The translations under genes were made by a program, and so were the position numbers. This document shows positions 1 through 9,649 of a stretch of DNA of 64,000 bases, in pieces. The notes under the pieces were generated by a model. That model saw only the letters and a program-made list of their open reading frames with translations. It was not told the DNA's origin and searched no databases. Location: IMG/VR virus record IMGVR_UViG_3300046665_000305, positions 1 through 64,000 of that record. One strand, written 5' to 3'. The first letter of the stretch is position 1, and the number at the start of each line of letters is the position of its first letter. This DNA is from an uncultured virus (IMG/VR IMGVR_UViG_3300046665_000305). Taxonomy: Duplodnaviria; Heunggongvirae; Uroviricota; Caudoviricetes.

Positions 1-302
1 ACAATGAAATTCTCTATACATTATATACTAATTTTCTTAAAGTCTTTTCATTATTAATTAGTTCAAGAATTTCGTATGTCAGTCTCAACGCGACGGCTGT
101 TGCACCGGCACTCATCGCCACGTCTCGTTTCTCTGTTAATTTAGAAAGCTTATAATCAAATAATTTGATGGTCATCAGATTTGTCTCCAAACATATTTTG
201 ACGATGGCCATTTTCTGGCCCATTCATGTAGTTCACTCAATGAGGCAAATTCGTTTGCAAGTTCAAATGAACCGTCAAACATTACCCAAGCAATTTGGAA
301 CA

Positions 303-854
303 TCACATCACCTTCGTAAATCTCGGCAATGCGAGGCCAGTACCACAAGTCCACGTAATGCCTAAGCCGGTTCGATAATTGTATGAGCCGATTTCGACAC
401 CGTCGATTTCGAAATCCGTATCTGTCTCAGACTCGTTTTCGAACGTCCAATAAATAGTTTTATTAGTTAAAGTTCTAAAGAAGTTGTAGGCGTCTCTGCG
501 GATTTTGTTGTAAGGGTCTTGGTCTGTTCCGAAATGAAACAGTTCGACCTTCATAAAATATTTTTGGTGGAGTTGATCTAAGACAGGCTCATTCCTGAAA
601 CATGGCGAGCAAGAAACATAATATCCGCCTTCAACTAGCTCGCCATCCACAGCCATTTGGATCATAGATTGTTCAGCCGAGCCGACAAAGACGCCATCCT
701 CAAATGGATAGGCTCTGTCGGGACTTGGGCAAGTCAGCGCCGAAATTTCGGGTCTGACATGCCAAGGAACATTAATCTCCACGTAACCTTTTGATTTGTA
801 ATAATCTAAAGCTTCGGCGATTAAGTCGTACCGGATCAGGTTATCGTCTTCCAT
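303..854 (-). CDS. class II aminoacyl-tRNA synthetase catalytic-core paralog (LysRS/AspRS/EpmA-like, no anticodon-binding domain)
   Basis: Motif 2-like SPCFRNE..HQKYFMKVE, GSAEQ, EIGSY and motif 3-like GTGLALPRF; only about 183 aa; likely start MEDDN at 854. Confidence 0.75.
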   Translation of the reverse strand: MEDDNLIRYDLIAEALDYYKSKGYVEINVPWHVRPEISALTCPSPDRAYPFEDGVFVGSAEQSMIQMAVDGELVEGGYYVSCSPCFRNEPVLDQLHQKYFMKVELFHFGTDQDPYNKIRRDAYNFFRTLTNKTIYWTFENESETDTDFEIDGVEIGSYNYRTGLGITWTCGTGLALPRFTKVM

Positions 855-1012
855 GACAACTCTCTTAAAAATGAACAAGGTCGATAAGCTTCAAGCTGCG
901 CAAGTTTATCTATAATTGGTCTGGCCCGCATTTTATATTCTTGGTCCAGATGGCGCAACTGTTCCAATAGTAATTCTCTTACGCGCTGGTAATCTTCATC
1001 ATCTTCGGCCAT
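836..1012 (-). CDS. hypothetical protein
   Basis: Short ORF tightly packed between its neighbours. Confidence 0.5.
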   Translation of the reverse strand: MAEDDEDYQRVRELLLEQLRHLDQEYKMRARPIIDKLAQLEAYRPCSFLRELSWKTIT

Positions 1013-1271
1013 TATCAAAAGCTCGCTTCGTAATTCCTGCCATTATCATTAGATCGGCAAGATTCATATCGGGATACTTGTTGTCTAGGTAAGCCTGAAT
1101 CGCGCCTACCATGTCAGATAATTCAACAAGGGCCATAACCCTACAGCCCTGTCGTTCCGCATCCTGAAGTTCAAGAATTTCTTCTAAAATCTTTGAGCTT
1201 TGACCCAAGACGCCCTTCTTGATTTCGGTGAGATGATAGCCGATTTTTGCTTTGCTCATAGCGCGTCCCAA
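999..1271 (-). CDS. MazG-like all-alpha NTP pyrophosphohydrolase-like protein
   Basis: KILEEILELQDA...ELSD (ExxE...ExxD) pattern. Confidence 0.55.
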   Translation of the reverse strand: MGRAMSKAKIGYHLTEIKKGVLGQSSKILEEILELQDAERQGCRVMALVELSDMVGAIQAYLDNKYPDMNLADLMIMAGITKRAFDNGRR

Positions 1272-1449
1272 GGCTCCAACGTATTCAAAAATTCTTTTGC
1301 AATTTCGATATTTTTGTCAGCCTGTTCATATAATGCAACAACAAATTCTCTACCCTCTTGAGAATACATTTTAGTCTCGTGCATATCTATGGCATCGTCA
1401 AGTAAATCTCGAATTCCCTTTAAGATAATGATTCTATCTTCGTATCTCA

Positions 1450-1640
1450 TTATTTATTTCCCCAACTTGCTAGTTCGATATCGAAGTAAACTTGGCCAAC
1501 TTCTTCGTACTCATCAGGATAAAGCTCCATATAAACTTTCTTTACTTCGCTACGAAGTGGCATCTTGGGCCAAAGGAGAATGGCGATGGGATCGCCACTT
1601 TCCGTATTGCCGTGACTTACCCAAATCTCTGGTTTGTCAG
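1450..1640 (-). CDS. hypothetical protein
   Basis: ORF 1450..1719; probable start MTDKPEIW overlapping the upstream stop. Confidence 0.5.
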
Positions 1641-2125
1641 TCATTCTTAATATTGCTCCACGAGATGTAAGTCGTATCAAGCAGTTCCCAAGACGACAAC
1701 CTAGTGTCTTCGAAAGCATTTACGGCGTCATCCTTCGTGACATAAACGCCTTCGTCAAAGAAAATATCGTTGAAATCTGTGTCGCGAATCACGTTGATCC
1801 AGCCATCAGTTTCCATAATCTTGACAAAACCGTCATCCTCAATATCTTCTACACTTTCAAACAGCGAGATAGAGCCGTCACTAAATTTAGCAACGATCTG
1901 GCCAAACTCAGAAACAAAAATTACTTCAATTTCACCGGCTAGGGCGTCGTAGAACTTATCCCCTACAACTGCATAATCATTATCGAGAGCGTTAAGTTCG
2001 CCTGCCTCACGAACTACTTCGGGTGAAGGCGGTACATAAGAAATGTTATAAAAGTCGCTACCATGAACTTGATTCAAGGTTTCGAGATCAAAAAGTACGT
2101 AATCATTAAAAGACTCATTAGACAT
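1637..2125 (-). CDS. acidic hypothetical protein
   Basis: 162 aa ORF, very Asp/Glu rich, start-stop coupled to neighbours. Confidence 0.6.
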   Translation of the reverse strand: MSNESFNDYVLFDLETLNQVHGSDFYNISYVPPSPEVVREAGELNALDNDYAVVGDKFYDALAGEIEVIFVSEFGQIVAKFSDGSISLFESVEDIEDDGFVKIMETDGWINVIRDTDFNDIFFDEGVYVTKDDAVNAFEDTRLSSWELLDTTYISWSNIKND

Positions 2126-3117
2126 TATAAATTCCTCTCAGTTGCGAGGATATACCAATCTCTCGCTTGTTGGTTTACGGCTTTAGAAACGTTCTTCCAA
2201 TCTAGGCCAGAAGCTTCCAACTCATTAACGGATTCTTTCTGCACGTCTTGGCCGATCCACTTCATGAAAGCGCCCATATTCTTCATCACGGCTTCCCCGC
2301 CGCAAGCTTCAGTTACGCCTTGTTCGCAGCGACCTTGAGTAACAAACTCCTTGGCAAAAGCCGCTGCACCTTCTAACACGGCTGGATCGATTTGGATCGA
2401 AACCTTCTTCTCCGAAGATGAGACGTGATGACTTTCACCTTTAGCCTTGAAAATGTAATCGCTGTAAACATCGAATGACATCTCATCAACTAGAGGAATA
2501 AAAACATACCCTTCGCCAATGCCTTCAATCCCGTAACGCTCTTTAATATAAGGATCAACCTTGTCACATTCTTCTACCCAAGAAGAAATGTTTTTGGTCG
2601 CGGCTTCCATTGAACTTTGAAGACGGAAATCGACCTCTACGTCAGTTCCTTTAGCCCAAGGAATAATTTCGAATGGCAAAATTTCTTTACCAAGGCACGC
2701 CTTTATGCGATCCGGGTCTACCACAATTTTATTCGTGTGCATATTTAAAATGGCGAAAACAAAGAACGTTTTCTTCTCAATTTGAGATACAGCTACTTTC
2801 TTCTGGATTCCGGGACCGGCCCACTCACCATAAATTACATAACTGAAGCCGAACGTGAACAGCTGCTTTTTAACAGTCTCCACCCAATTAGCAAATCCCG
2901 CATTATCGTTCTCGACGTTGCAGACTCCGGTTCTCTTGAAGCAAGTCACTGTGCCATCTGGATCGACGCGAATTCCGGCGTTCGTTCCGTGAAGTTTGAC
3001 TTTGCCACGGTACACCACCTTTGGCCGATTGTCAAGTTCAAAACGTCTTTTAACCGTTGCATTAACACTTGAAAACGCTTCGATAGAAGGGAATTTAATA
3101 AATTTTCCTGTCGTCAT
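2125..3117 (-). CDS. RNA ligase, Rnl2 family
   Basis: Motif I KLHGTN, IYGEWAG, GEGYV, IFKAK; probable start MTTGKFIKFPSI at 3117. Confidence 0.85.
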   Translation of the reverse strand: MTTGKFIKFPSIEAFSSVNATVKRRFELDNRPKVVYRGKVKLHGTNAGIRVDPDGTVTCFKRTGVCNVENDNAGFANWVETVKKQLFTFGFSYVIYGEWAGPGIQKKVAVSQIEKKTFFVFAILNMHTNKIVVDPDRIKACLGKEILPFEIIPWAKGTDVEVDFRLQSSMEAATKNISSWVEECDKVDPYIKERYGIEGIGEGYVFIPLVDEMSFDVYSDYIFKAKGESHHVSSSEKKVSIQIDPAVLEGAAAFAKEFVTQGRCEQGVTEACGGEAVMKNMGAFMKWIGQDVQKESVNELEASGLDWKNVSKAVNQQARDWYILATERNL

Positions 3118-3580
3118 TTTGGGATAAACTTTCAATAACTTGACGCATATCAGCCTCTCCCTTTTTTCTGAAAAGTTCACCGGCTTGGCGTATCAATAAA
3201 TTTTTAATATAGTCTGAACTCTCTTCAAAATTTAATCGATAGGTATCAACATGATAATGACTTTGAAGAGGTTTGGCGCTTAAACTTATTCGGGTAAAGG
3301 GGCGCTCATCTCCCGTTTCCTGATGCTTGAACGAATATTCATAATCAGGAAACGGGAGGTATCGTTGGCCTTTAGTAAATTGAAACTTTTCCAACTCTTC
3401 CAAATTTTCTAGGCTTTGATATAATTCAAAGCTGATTTGCCTGTTTCGTGCCAGCGCGTCTTCATATTTCTCGCGGCGCACGAAGGGCCAAATAAAGTTT
3501 ACGCCTCGGTTAAGCCTTACCGCCAGCCAAATGCCAAACGGTGTTACTGTCTCCGGGTCCGTTTTGAATATCTTCAGCAT
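3095..3580 (-). CDS. hypothetical protein
   Basis: ORF fills the gap between the ligase and the HAD gene; start uncertain. Confidence 0.5.
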   Translation of the reverse strand: MLKIFKTDPETVTPFGIWLAVRLNRGVNFIWPFVRREKYEDALARNRQISFELYQSLENLEELEKFQFTKGQRYLPFPDYEYSFKHQETGDERPFTRISLSAKPLQSHYHVDTYRLNFEESSDYIKNLLIRQAGELFRKKGEADMRQVIESLSQNDDRKIY

Positions 3581-3860
3581 CTTCAATGAATCCATGTACG
3601 ATGTAATAGGGATCGTCATCGATCCAAATATCAATTTTAATTCCCTGAGCCTCGCAGACTTTTTTCTTGGCTCGGTACGTGCAATAGATGATGGGAATAT
3701 TTAGGGGAGTGAAATCATTAACCAGTTCAACCGGCGTGTCTCTTCCCCTTGATGTGACTAGATAGACCTTATGGCCGTGGTCCAAAAACATAGGTATGAC
3801 CATTCTCCACAGAGAAATATCAGCTGTATAGGTCGCGTCGTAATCAATCATAATATTCAT
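3510..3860 (-). CDS. small HAD-superfamily hydrolase
   Basis: DYDAT motif I, VTSR motif II, K, and IDD motif IV. Confidence 0.7.
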   Translation of the reverse strand: MNIMIDYDATYTADISLWRMVIPMFLDHGHKVYLVTSRGRDTPVELVNDFTPLNIPIIYCTYRAKKKVCEAQGIKIDIWIDDDPYYIVHGFIEDAEDIQNGPGDSNTVWHLAGGKA

Positions 3861-4028
3861 TATTTATTATCTTTCAAAACCTGCTTCGTCATATTTTCAA
3901 TCATCTTGACAAACAGAGTCTTTGCACTATGTTCCGAAATGATATTGTTGTGGAACCGAGACGCGATTGCGTTTCCTTCGCGAAGCATATTGAAATATTT
4001 GGTAAGCTCGCCGTAGTCTCTTTCTTTT

Positions 4029-4529
4029 TCATTCATCTTCTGTGAAACTCACCTTTTGAATTTCACCACCACTGCCATTGTCATGATGCATCGCGGCTTG
4101 TACCGCTTCTTCGGCCGTAGCGCCTTGATATAACGCTCCTAATGCAATGGGGGAACCTGAGCCGATTGCGGCATATTTTGCCTTGACTTCGAAGCCCTTT
4201 AGATTGGTGCCGTCGTACATCCTGATTGAGTATTCATCATTTTCGTCGCAGGAGACGGCAATCACGGAGCAGTCATATTCTGCTTTTTCTCGTTGCGCCC
4301 CAAAGAAAATGCACTCAATAAAATCGTTAAAATCTTCAACTGAACCAGCAGCGCCTACCAAATAATCAATTTGTTCCGGCTCTTTTCGAAAAACAATTCT
4401 GTCGATCCATGACAGCTGCTCTTCTACGGTTAGTTTAAAAATCTTCTGATATTCCCCCACAAAAATACCATTACCAGTAATTTTTGAATCTGAAACTAGT
4501 ACGCCGTCACGAAATGCGATTGTGGTCAA
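4029..4529 (-). CDS. HslV/proteasome-beta-like Ntn peptidase
   Basis: N-terminal (M)TTIA, DSKIT, AIGSGSPIALGAL, AEEAV..A..HD..SGG. Confidence 0.75.
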   Translation of the reverse strand: MTTIAFRDGVLVSDSKITGNGIFVGEYQKIFKLTVEEQLSWIDRIVFRKEPEQIDYLVGAAGSVEDFNDFIECIFFGAQREKAEYDCSVIAVSCDENDEYSIRMYDGTNLKGFEVKAKYAAIGSGSPIALGALYQGATAEEAVQAAMHHDNGSGGEIQKVSFTEDE

Positions 4530-4564
4530 ATGCCCATTCCTATTCTATTTTGTTTTTATTATTG

Positions 4565-4816
4565 TTATGGAACTAGAGTGAAGTGATACTCAAATGTCTG
4601 AGCACTCATTACTCCTAATAAATCTTCGCCTTCATATTTCACTATGTAACTTCCCCAAGGAGCTAAACTGTAATCTCCCTTTGAAGATTCGAACACAATG
4701 CCAACTCTGACTATTTCATAATTGGAAGGAAACCAGTCAGGGACAGGCGTAGGTCCATCATTTCCAATTTTAAAAGCCTCCACCTCTTGATTAACTTGAC
4801 GCAGGTACTTCGGCAT
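4565..4816 (-). CDS. hypothetical protein
   Basis: 83 aa ORF in operon context. Confidence 0.55.
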   Translation of the reverse strand: MPKYLRQVNQEVEAFKIGNDGPTPVPDWFPSNYEIVRVGIVFESSKGDYSLAPWGSYIVKYEGEDLLGVMSAQTFEYHFTLVP

Positions 4817-5336
4817 TTAAAGCCTTTCTATTAAACTCCTGAATTTCTTCAAACGTTGCAGGCGCAAAATTAAAATTATCAACGCCTACATCTACTCTAT
4901 TCTTCCTGATCGGAACAGTTTTCGTCATGCCATGGACATGGCCGTGCAGCATCCACGAGCCCTTGTGATAGCCGTTCCACTCTTCGATGGGATAATGGCA
5001 AAGTGTGATCAGCATGCCATTCAGTTCAAGCTCTTGGTACGGAAGCGGAGCAACTTCCCAACCATCAGCTGTGATGGTCTTTTGCTTGTCGTGGTTTCCA
5101 ACGATAAGGAATTTCCTGCCGTTGAGTTGCTTCAGATAGAAATCAGCGTCAACAGAAGACTTGTAATTGAAATCTCCGAGATGGAACACAACATCATCAG
5201 GTTTGACACGTTCGTTCCACCGCTTAATCAATTCGGCGTCGTGTTCCTGAATGGTTTTGAAGGGGCGACCCGCGCCGATAGTGACAATTCTGGCATGGCC
5301 CAAGTGGGTATCACTGGTGAAGTAAACGTTAGGCAT
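4791..5336 (-). CDS. calcineurin-like metallophosphoesterase
   Basis: SDTHLGH, HLGDF, GNHD, CHYP, LHGHVH, VGVD. Confidence 0.9.
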   Translation of the reverse strand: MPNVYFTSDTHLGHARIVTIGAGRPFKTIQEHDAELIKRWNERVKPDDVVFHLGDFNYKSSVDADFYLKQLNGRKFLIVGNHDKQKTITADGWEVAPLPYQELELNGMLITLCHYPIEEWNGYHKGSWMLHGHVHGMTKTVPIRKNRVDVGVDNFNFAPATFEEIQEFNRKALNAEVPASS

Positions 5337-5860
5337 TACTTAATTAACTCCTTCACAAAATCGGCACGAAAATCTTCATCATCTACGATCCAATCAAAAC
5401 CTTCTGAGTATTGTGGATATTCAGAGGAGCGGTCCATACTTTCCAAGACGTGAAAAGGAATATACTTCCCTTCTTCTCCTGCCCTACGGTACAACCGTCT
5501 CATCCATTCCAAATGAACATCGATTTCAAAATGTACGCATATCTTAACATAATTATCGAATTTGTCAAGGATTTTCTTCCGCTTCGAAACGGTTAAGTTA
5601 GTTTGATCCCAAACCACGTCAAGCTCTTTAATTTTAGCCACACGTGCATCTTCTTCGATACGGTGAGTAGCATCCTTGACATAGTCGGGAAACACTTCGC
5701 TGTAAGTTTTTCCTTTCGCCCTGCCCCACGATTCAATATAATCGTCGGAGGAAATGGTAAGGAATTCAAAGTCTTGCTTCAATCTTTGGCGGAACGTGGA
5801 CTTGCCGGTACAGGGTAAGCCGACTAACATGATCAAAAATTTCTTAGGCAAATTTAACAT
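5336..5860 (-). CDS. P-loop kinase (polynucleotide kinase-like)
   Basis: GLPCTGKST, SSDD, VWDQTNL...R. Confidence 0.8.
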   Translation of the reverse strand: MLNLPKKFLIMLVGLPCTGKSTFRQRLKQDFEFLTISSDDYIESWGRAKGKTYSEVFPDYVKDATHRIEEDARVAKIKELDVVWDQTNLTVSKRKKILDKFDNYVKICVHFEIDVHLEWMRRLYRRAGEEGKYIPFHVLESMDRSSEYPQYSEGFDWIVDDEDFRADFVKELIK

Positions 5861-6086
5861 CTTCCAATTTCTCAGGCATATTACCGCCGCCGATTGCATC
5901 TAGCCACTCAAAATCAACATCTTTGTAAGTAAGACTGTAATCAGGATTGGCAGCGCCCAACTCTAGGCCGTAATCAAAATCTAGGTCGTAACGGTCGCCC
6001 CAAAAATAAAGTTCACCGTTGACGTAAATGCCTACATAAGTGTCTGCATCTACAAGAATAATTTCAGTGACAGGCGTCTCAGTCAT
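5844..6086 (-). CDS. hypothetical protein (paralog of 28026..28259)
   Basis: Shared G.Y.N, D.EWL and P..L..VKF motifs. Confidence 0.6.
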   Translation of the reverse strand: MTETPVTEIILVDADTYVGIYVNGELYFWGDRYDLDFDYGLELGAANPDYSLTYKDVDFEWLDAIGGGNMPEKLEDVKFA

Positions 6087-6281
6087 TATCAGGCTCCAAA
6101 GAAAGTAAAATATCGGCGTTCGGCAGGGTCAAGTGGCACGGCATTAACATCGCCACTGGCCCAAATGACATTAATACCAACGGGAAGTTCGAACATATCT
6201 TCCTTCTCTTCTTGTGGGGCTTCTGAATTTAGATAATCGTTATAATCTAAACGGAACTGCGAATAGGCGGCACGGATTTCT

Positions 6282-6752
6282 TCATTCGACTTCATTTTTG
6301 ATTTCCTTTTCAGCGGTTACGCGGTAATCTGTCAGGCTGTCCCAAAAGACGCGAGTTTCAAAGCCACGAGATGCTGATAGATTACGAGTGACGCCAACAT
6401 CACCAAGAGGGGAGGCAGCAGTGATGCGAACAGTAGACAGAGCAGGGATTTTAGTGAACTTCCCTTCAATGACGCTTCCAAGTGGTACTGTTGCATAAAG
6501 TTCGGGTTCAGCATTTTCATCCTCCAAAATATCAATGGCGGTGCGGGTGAAGTAATTTAGATAGATCGCAAGGGGATCATCTTCGGCCAACGTGTCGCGA
6601 TAACCCTGCATAACTGGCACGATGGCGTCATAGAGTCGTTCCATCGCATCGGCAATTGCAGCATCTGTATAAGCCGTGGGGCGAATGTTATCTCTTAGGA
6701 AATCAAACTGGTCCACAAGAGCCATATCAGGATTGTACAAATATTCAGTCAT
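6282..6752 (-). CDS. hypothetical protein
   Basis: 156 aa ORF in operon. Confidence 0.6.
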   Translation of the reverse strand: MTEYLYNPDMALVDQFDFLRDNIRPTAYTDAAIADAMERLYDAIVPVMQGYRDTLAEDDPLAIYLNYFTRTAIDILEDENAEPELYATVPLGSVIEGKFTKIPALSTVRITAASPLGDVGVTRNLSASRGFETRVFWDSLTDYRVTAEKEIKNEVE

Positions 6753-6753
6753 T

Positions 6754-7398
6754 TTAATCTTTTCTTCTTTTAAAACTGGACCTTAACCACGGATCGTCCA
6801 TTCTTTCGTTTGTGTCATAGAGGGCGAATTCTGTAATCACTTTGTCGAGCTTTAAGTGATTGTCTAGAAACACCTTCTGCATATCGTCAATTGATTCTAA
6901 ATAAGTTTTAGAATCAACGTCATGCCTTCGGTAAGTGACCATCTGAATTCTATCCTCACCCTTCTTCAAGAGATTACGTGAAGGATGAAGCCATTTCGCC
7001 ATCTTAAGCATTTGGTTAAGCATGTAACCGTCGCCTTCAACTTTGAACGCGAAATGCGTTTCAAAATATTGTTCCGGCTCAGGGTTGGAAGTTTTAGGGT
7101 GCCATGGAACCGTTTCGATTTTGATACGTTCTACGTCGTAACCAATATCTTCCAAGGCTTTTGCGATGGAGTGAGCCGTGACAAATGCCGCAGTGTCATT
7201 TGAATCTTTTAACGTCGAGCTAGTCATAGAATGAGTAGGCACATCGTCGCCCATGTCAATGATGACAGGCTTAACCCCTATGGCATAGCAATCGTCTACG
7301 AAAGTCTCACGGTGATCTACAGTGACATGTATTTCGTAATGAAGTGTTTCGACCGTCTCAGTGAAGGGGCAAGTGTCGCAACCTTGGCACTCACTCAT
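6754..7398 (-). CDS. hypothetical protein with duplicated ExH motifs
   Basis: YEIHVTV ... RIKIET ... YFETHF. Confidence 0.6.
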   Translation of the reverse strand: MSECQGCDTCPFTETVETLHYEIHVTVDHRETFVDDCYAIGVKPVIIDMGDDVPTHSMTSSTLKDSNDTAAFVTAHSIAKALEDIGYDVERIKIETVPWHPKTSNPEPEQYFETHFAFKVEGDGYMLNQMLKMAKWLHPSRNLLKKGEDRIQMVTYRRHDVDSKTYLESIDDMQKVFLDNHLKLDKVITEFALYDTNERMDDPWLRSSFKRRKD

Positions 7399-7637
7399 TG
7401 GGAGCAGACTTCGTCAGTGACAATGAGATTGTCAGTCTTCACGGAGAAAGTTTGGCCATCGCAAAGTCTCACGACAGAAAAATCCCTATTGTATCCACCA
7501 GCAACAACGACTCCCAAAAGGGTTGGTCCGCCTTTAGCACCGACGTAAACATTCTGTCCAACTTCAGGACCACAAGATGTGAGGCCTAAAGTGATTAGGC
7601 CAAAGATTAAAAGTTTAACCGTGCTGCTCATGGGCAT
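7395..7637 (-). CDS. small lipoprotein (tandem paralog 3)
   Basis: Signal peptide with lipobox LGLTSC. Confidence 0.75.
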   Translation of the reverse strand: MPMSSTVKLLIFGLITLGLTSCGPEVGQNVYVGAKGGPTLLGVVVAGGYNRDFSVVRLCDGQTFSVKTDNLIVTDEVCSQ

Positions 7638-7858
7638 ACTTCCCCGTCAGGGGCTTCAGCCATGTAGCCGCTAGATGCGCTAATCACTGTGCCGTCACAA
7701 AGTTTTACAAAGATTAAAGAATCAGGGTTCATTCCTACGACGTAACCAAAATTAGTTGGGCCTTCTGCGCTTCTGACATAGACAAAATCACCCTTATCGA
7801 TGCAGGACGTTAGACCTAAAGCAACGATTGCTAAAACTAGAATGTTTTTCATTTGCAA
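7628..7858 (-). CDS. small lipoprotein (tandem paralog 2)
   Basis: Signal peptide with lipobox LGLTSC. Confidence 0.75.
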   Translation of the reverse strand: MQMKNILVLAIVALGLTSCIDKGDFVYVRSAEGPTNFGYVVGMNPDSLIFVKLCDGTVISASSGYMAEAPDGEVCP

Positions 7859-8109
7859 GTCTTTCCGGAAATATCTAGAGACAGTTTGTCATTATCAATG
7901 AAGAAAAATTCTCCGTTGCAAGTCTCTACAATTGTCTGAACGCCCCACTCCTGCTTAGACACTACTTTGCCAAATATAGCAGTATCGTCGCTGAGCATAC
8001 CGTTAAACTTACGAGCATATACATAATCGCCCACTTTAACATCTTCGGCGCAAGACGTTAGACCTAAAGCAATAAGACCAAAGATTATAAACTTCTTCAC
8101 CACTCGCAT
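7849..8109 (-). CDS. small lipoprotein (tandem paralog 1)
   Basis: Signal peptide with lipobox LGLTSC. Confidence 0.75.
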   Translation of the reverse strand: MRVVKKFIIFGLIALGLTSCAEDVKVGDYVYARKFNGMLSDDTAIFGKVVSKQEWGVQTIVETCNGEFFFIDNDKLSLDISGKTCK

Positions 8110-9278
8110 CCTTTCAAGATTAAGGGTTTGACTCGTTCAAATTTCTGCTCAGATTCACACGCCTCTCGGAGCCGGTTCATTATTTCATCTTCCATCTCAT
8201 CCAATGGAAAATCTTTATCCCATAGGTGGAAAATGATGGACTTAATCAATGGAGGAGCCTTTGAATTTATTGCGAAGTCCTTACGCGGAAGGCGCTGCTT
8301 CAAAATAGCGTTGACTTCACCGAACAGCGTATTGCCAAGCTCTGCAATGTTTTTGTTTAATTGAATCTCGTAAGCCTCTGCACGAGCCAAATCTTCGGCT
8401 AGCATGAATGGCTTTAGATCGTCTAGTTGCTGAGCCAAGAGGATAGCGACGAAGTGTCTTTCTTTCTGAATCTTATCCTTGGTGCGGTGAAGATTGATAT
8501 AATCTTGCGTCTTCACCTTGACCATGTGGCCGTCGTGAAAGCGAAGGACTTCACCTTCAGTCATTTCGTCGGACTTCAGTTCGTAGATGAAATTAACATA
8601 TTCTGCCATAGAATGAAGGGGAGCTTCGTTTTTGCTCACAACTTCGATGCCGTATTCTTTTACCGAGTCACAGTTAACCATTTCGTCGTAGGTCATGTAC
8701 CAACCATCAAAGGTGTGGCGAACAGCAGTCAGCACAAGCCTATCTACTGGATAATCCACAACAATTCTATTCAAACGGCTGCACCATTCAAAAATAGGAG
8801 TAAAGCCGTCATCCATAGCTTCGTTGCAAAATTCAATAATTTCCTGAAAATGATTAGCGACCAGCCAATTCTCGGTTTGCATTGAGGTATCAGTAATACC
8901 CATTTTGGTGGCCCAACGTTGAGCACCCCTGATTCGTAACGGATGAACCATAGACCCATCAAGCTTTTCCAAACGATTATAGATTTTTGAAATATCGATA
9001 GAGGGAAGAAGAGTTTCTTCACGTTCTCCCGCATTGAAAAATTTATGGTAAACACGAGATATAGTCTCGCCCGTTGTGCTGTCAAACTTAATGCCACGAA
9101 GTTCCCTACGAATCGCAGTGTTACGATCTACAACAGGCGGAAATGTCTTGTTGCATGGCAGCTTGTAGTTAATGACGGTGTAGCCATCTTTTTCCACGAC
9201 GTAGAAAAGGTCTTCATCGCCTTTGATTGCATCAAGCGCTTGCTGAATGTGAACGATCCGAGGGAATTCGTAATTCAT
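8097..9278 (-). CDS. rnlA: RNA ligase 1 (T4 RnlA family)
   Basis: ELRGI.F, YHKFFN.GE, EKLDGSM, TPIFEW, NRIVVDY, EGEV, VKVKT..Y. Confidence 0.9.
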   Translation of the reverse strand: MNYEFPRIVHIQQALDAIKGDEDLFYVVEKDGYTVINYKLPCNKTFPPVVDRNTAIRRELRGIKFDSTTGETISRVYHKFFNAGEREETLLPSIDISKIYNRLEKLDGSMVHPLRIRGAQRWATKMGITDTSMQTENWLVANHFQEIIEFCNEAMDDGFTPIFEWCSRLNRIVVDYPVDRLVLTAVRHTFDGWYMTYDEMVNCDSVKEYGIEVVSKNEAPLHSMAEYVNFIYELKSDEMTEGEVLRFHDGHMVKVKTQDYINLHRTKDKIQKERHFVAILLAQQLDDLKPFMLAEDLARAEAYEIQLNKNIAELGNTLFGEVNAILKQRLPRKDFAINSKAPPLIKSIIFHLWDKDFPLDEMEDEIMNRLREACESEQKFERVKPLILKGCEW

Positions 9279-9299
9279 TAAATTAAACTTTCTAAGTGC

Positions 9300-9632
9300 T
9301 TATCGTGTCCGTGAATGCGGTCCCATCATCCAATCTTCAATTGTCATATGATTTAAATAATCAGACATTGAGGGGATTCGACCCAAGTCTTCCATAACGT
9401 GTTGCTCGCCAATATCTCTGACTGAGACAGTTTTGCCATCACTGTTCGTGATATGATGACCAAACACGTCTGCCACTAGATAAATGCCGAACGCGGTATG
9501 AAGAATTGCTCTGTGACGCACATCGGCATGACTTGATTTTGTGCTGTCGAAATATTCATGAATTTTAATATAATCTGAAGGAGTGCCGCCAAACTTGGCG
9601 GCACTTGACCTTGCATGAATAAAGGGTTTCAT
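9300..9632 (-). CDS. conserved hypothetical protein (DUF6915-like)
   Basis: HARSSA.KFGG, HRAILH..FG, VRDIGEQHV.EDLG. Confidence 0.65.
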   Translation of the reverse strand: MKPFIHARSSAAKFGGTPSDYIKIHEYFDSTKSSHADVRHRAILHTAFGIYLVADVFGHHITNSDGKTVSVRDIGEQHVMEDLGRIPSMSDYLNHMTIEDWMMGPHSRTR

Positions 9633-9649
9633 AAAATAAAACTACTTTG

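Noticed and set aside
4932..5453. Long antisense ORFs (also 8427..8885, 21850..22290, 37463..37945, 50295..50903, 61873..62322)
   Set aside because: Shadow frames opposite well-supported genes, with no motifs
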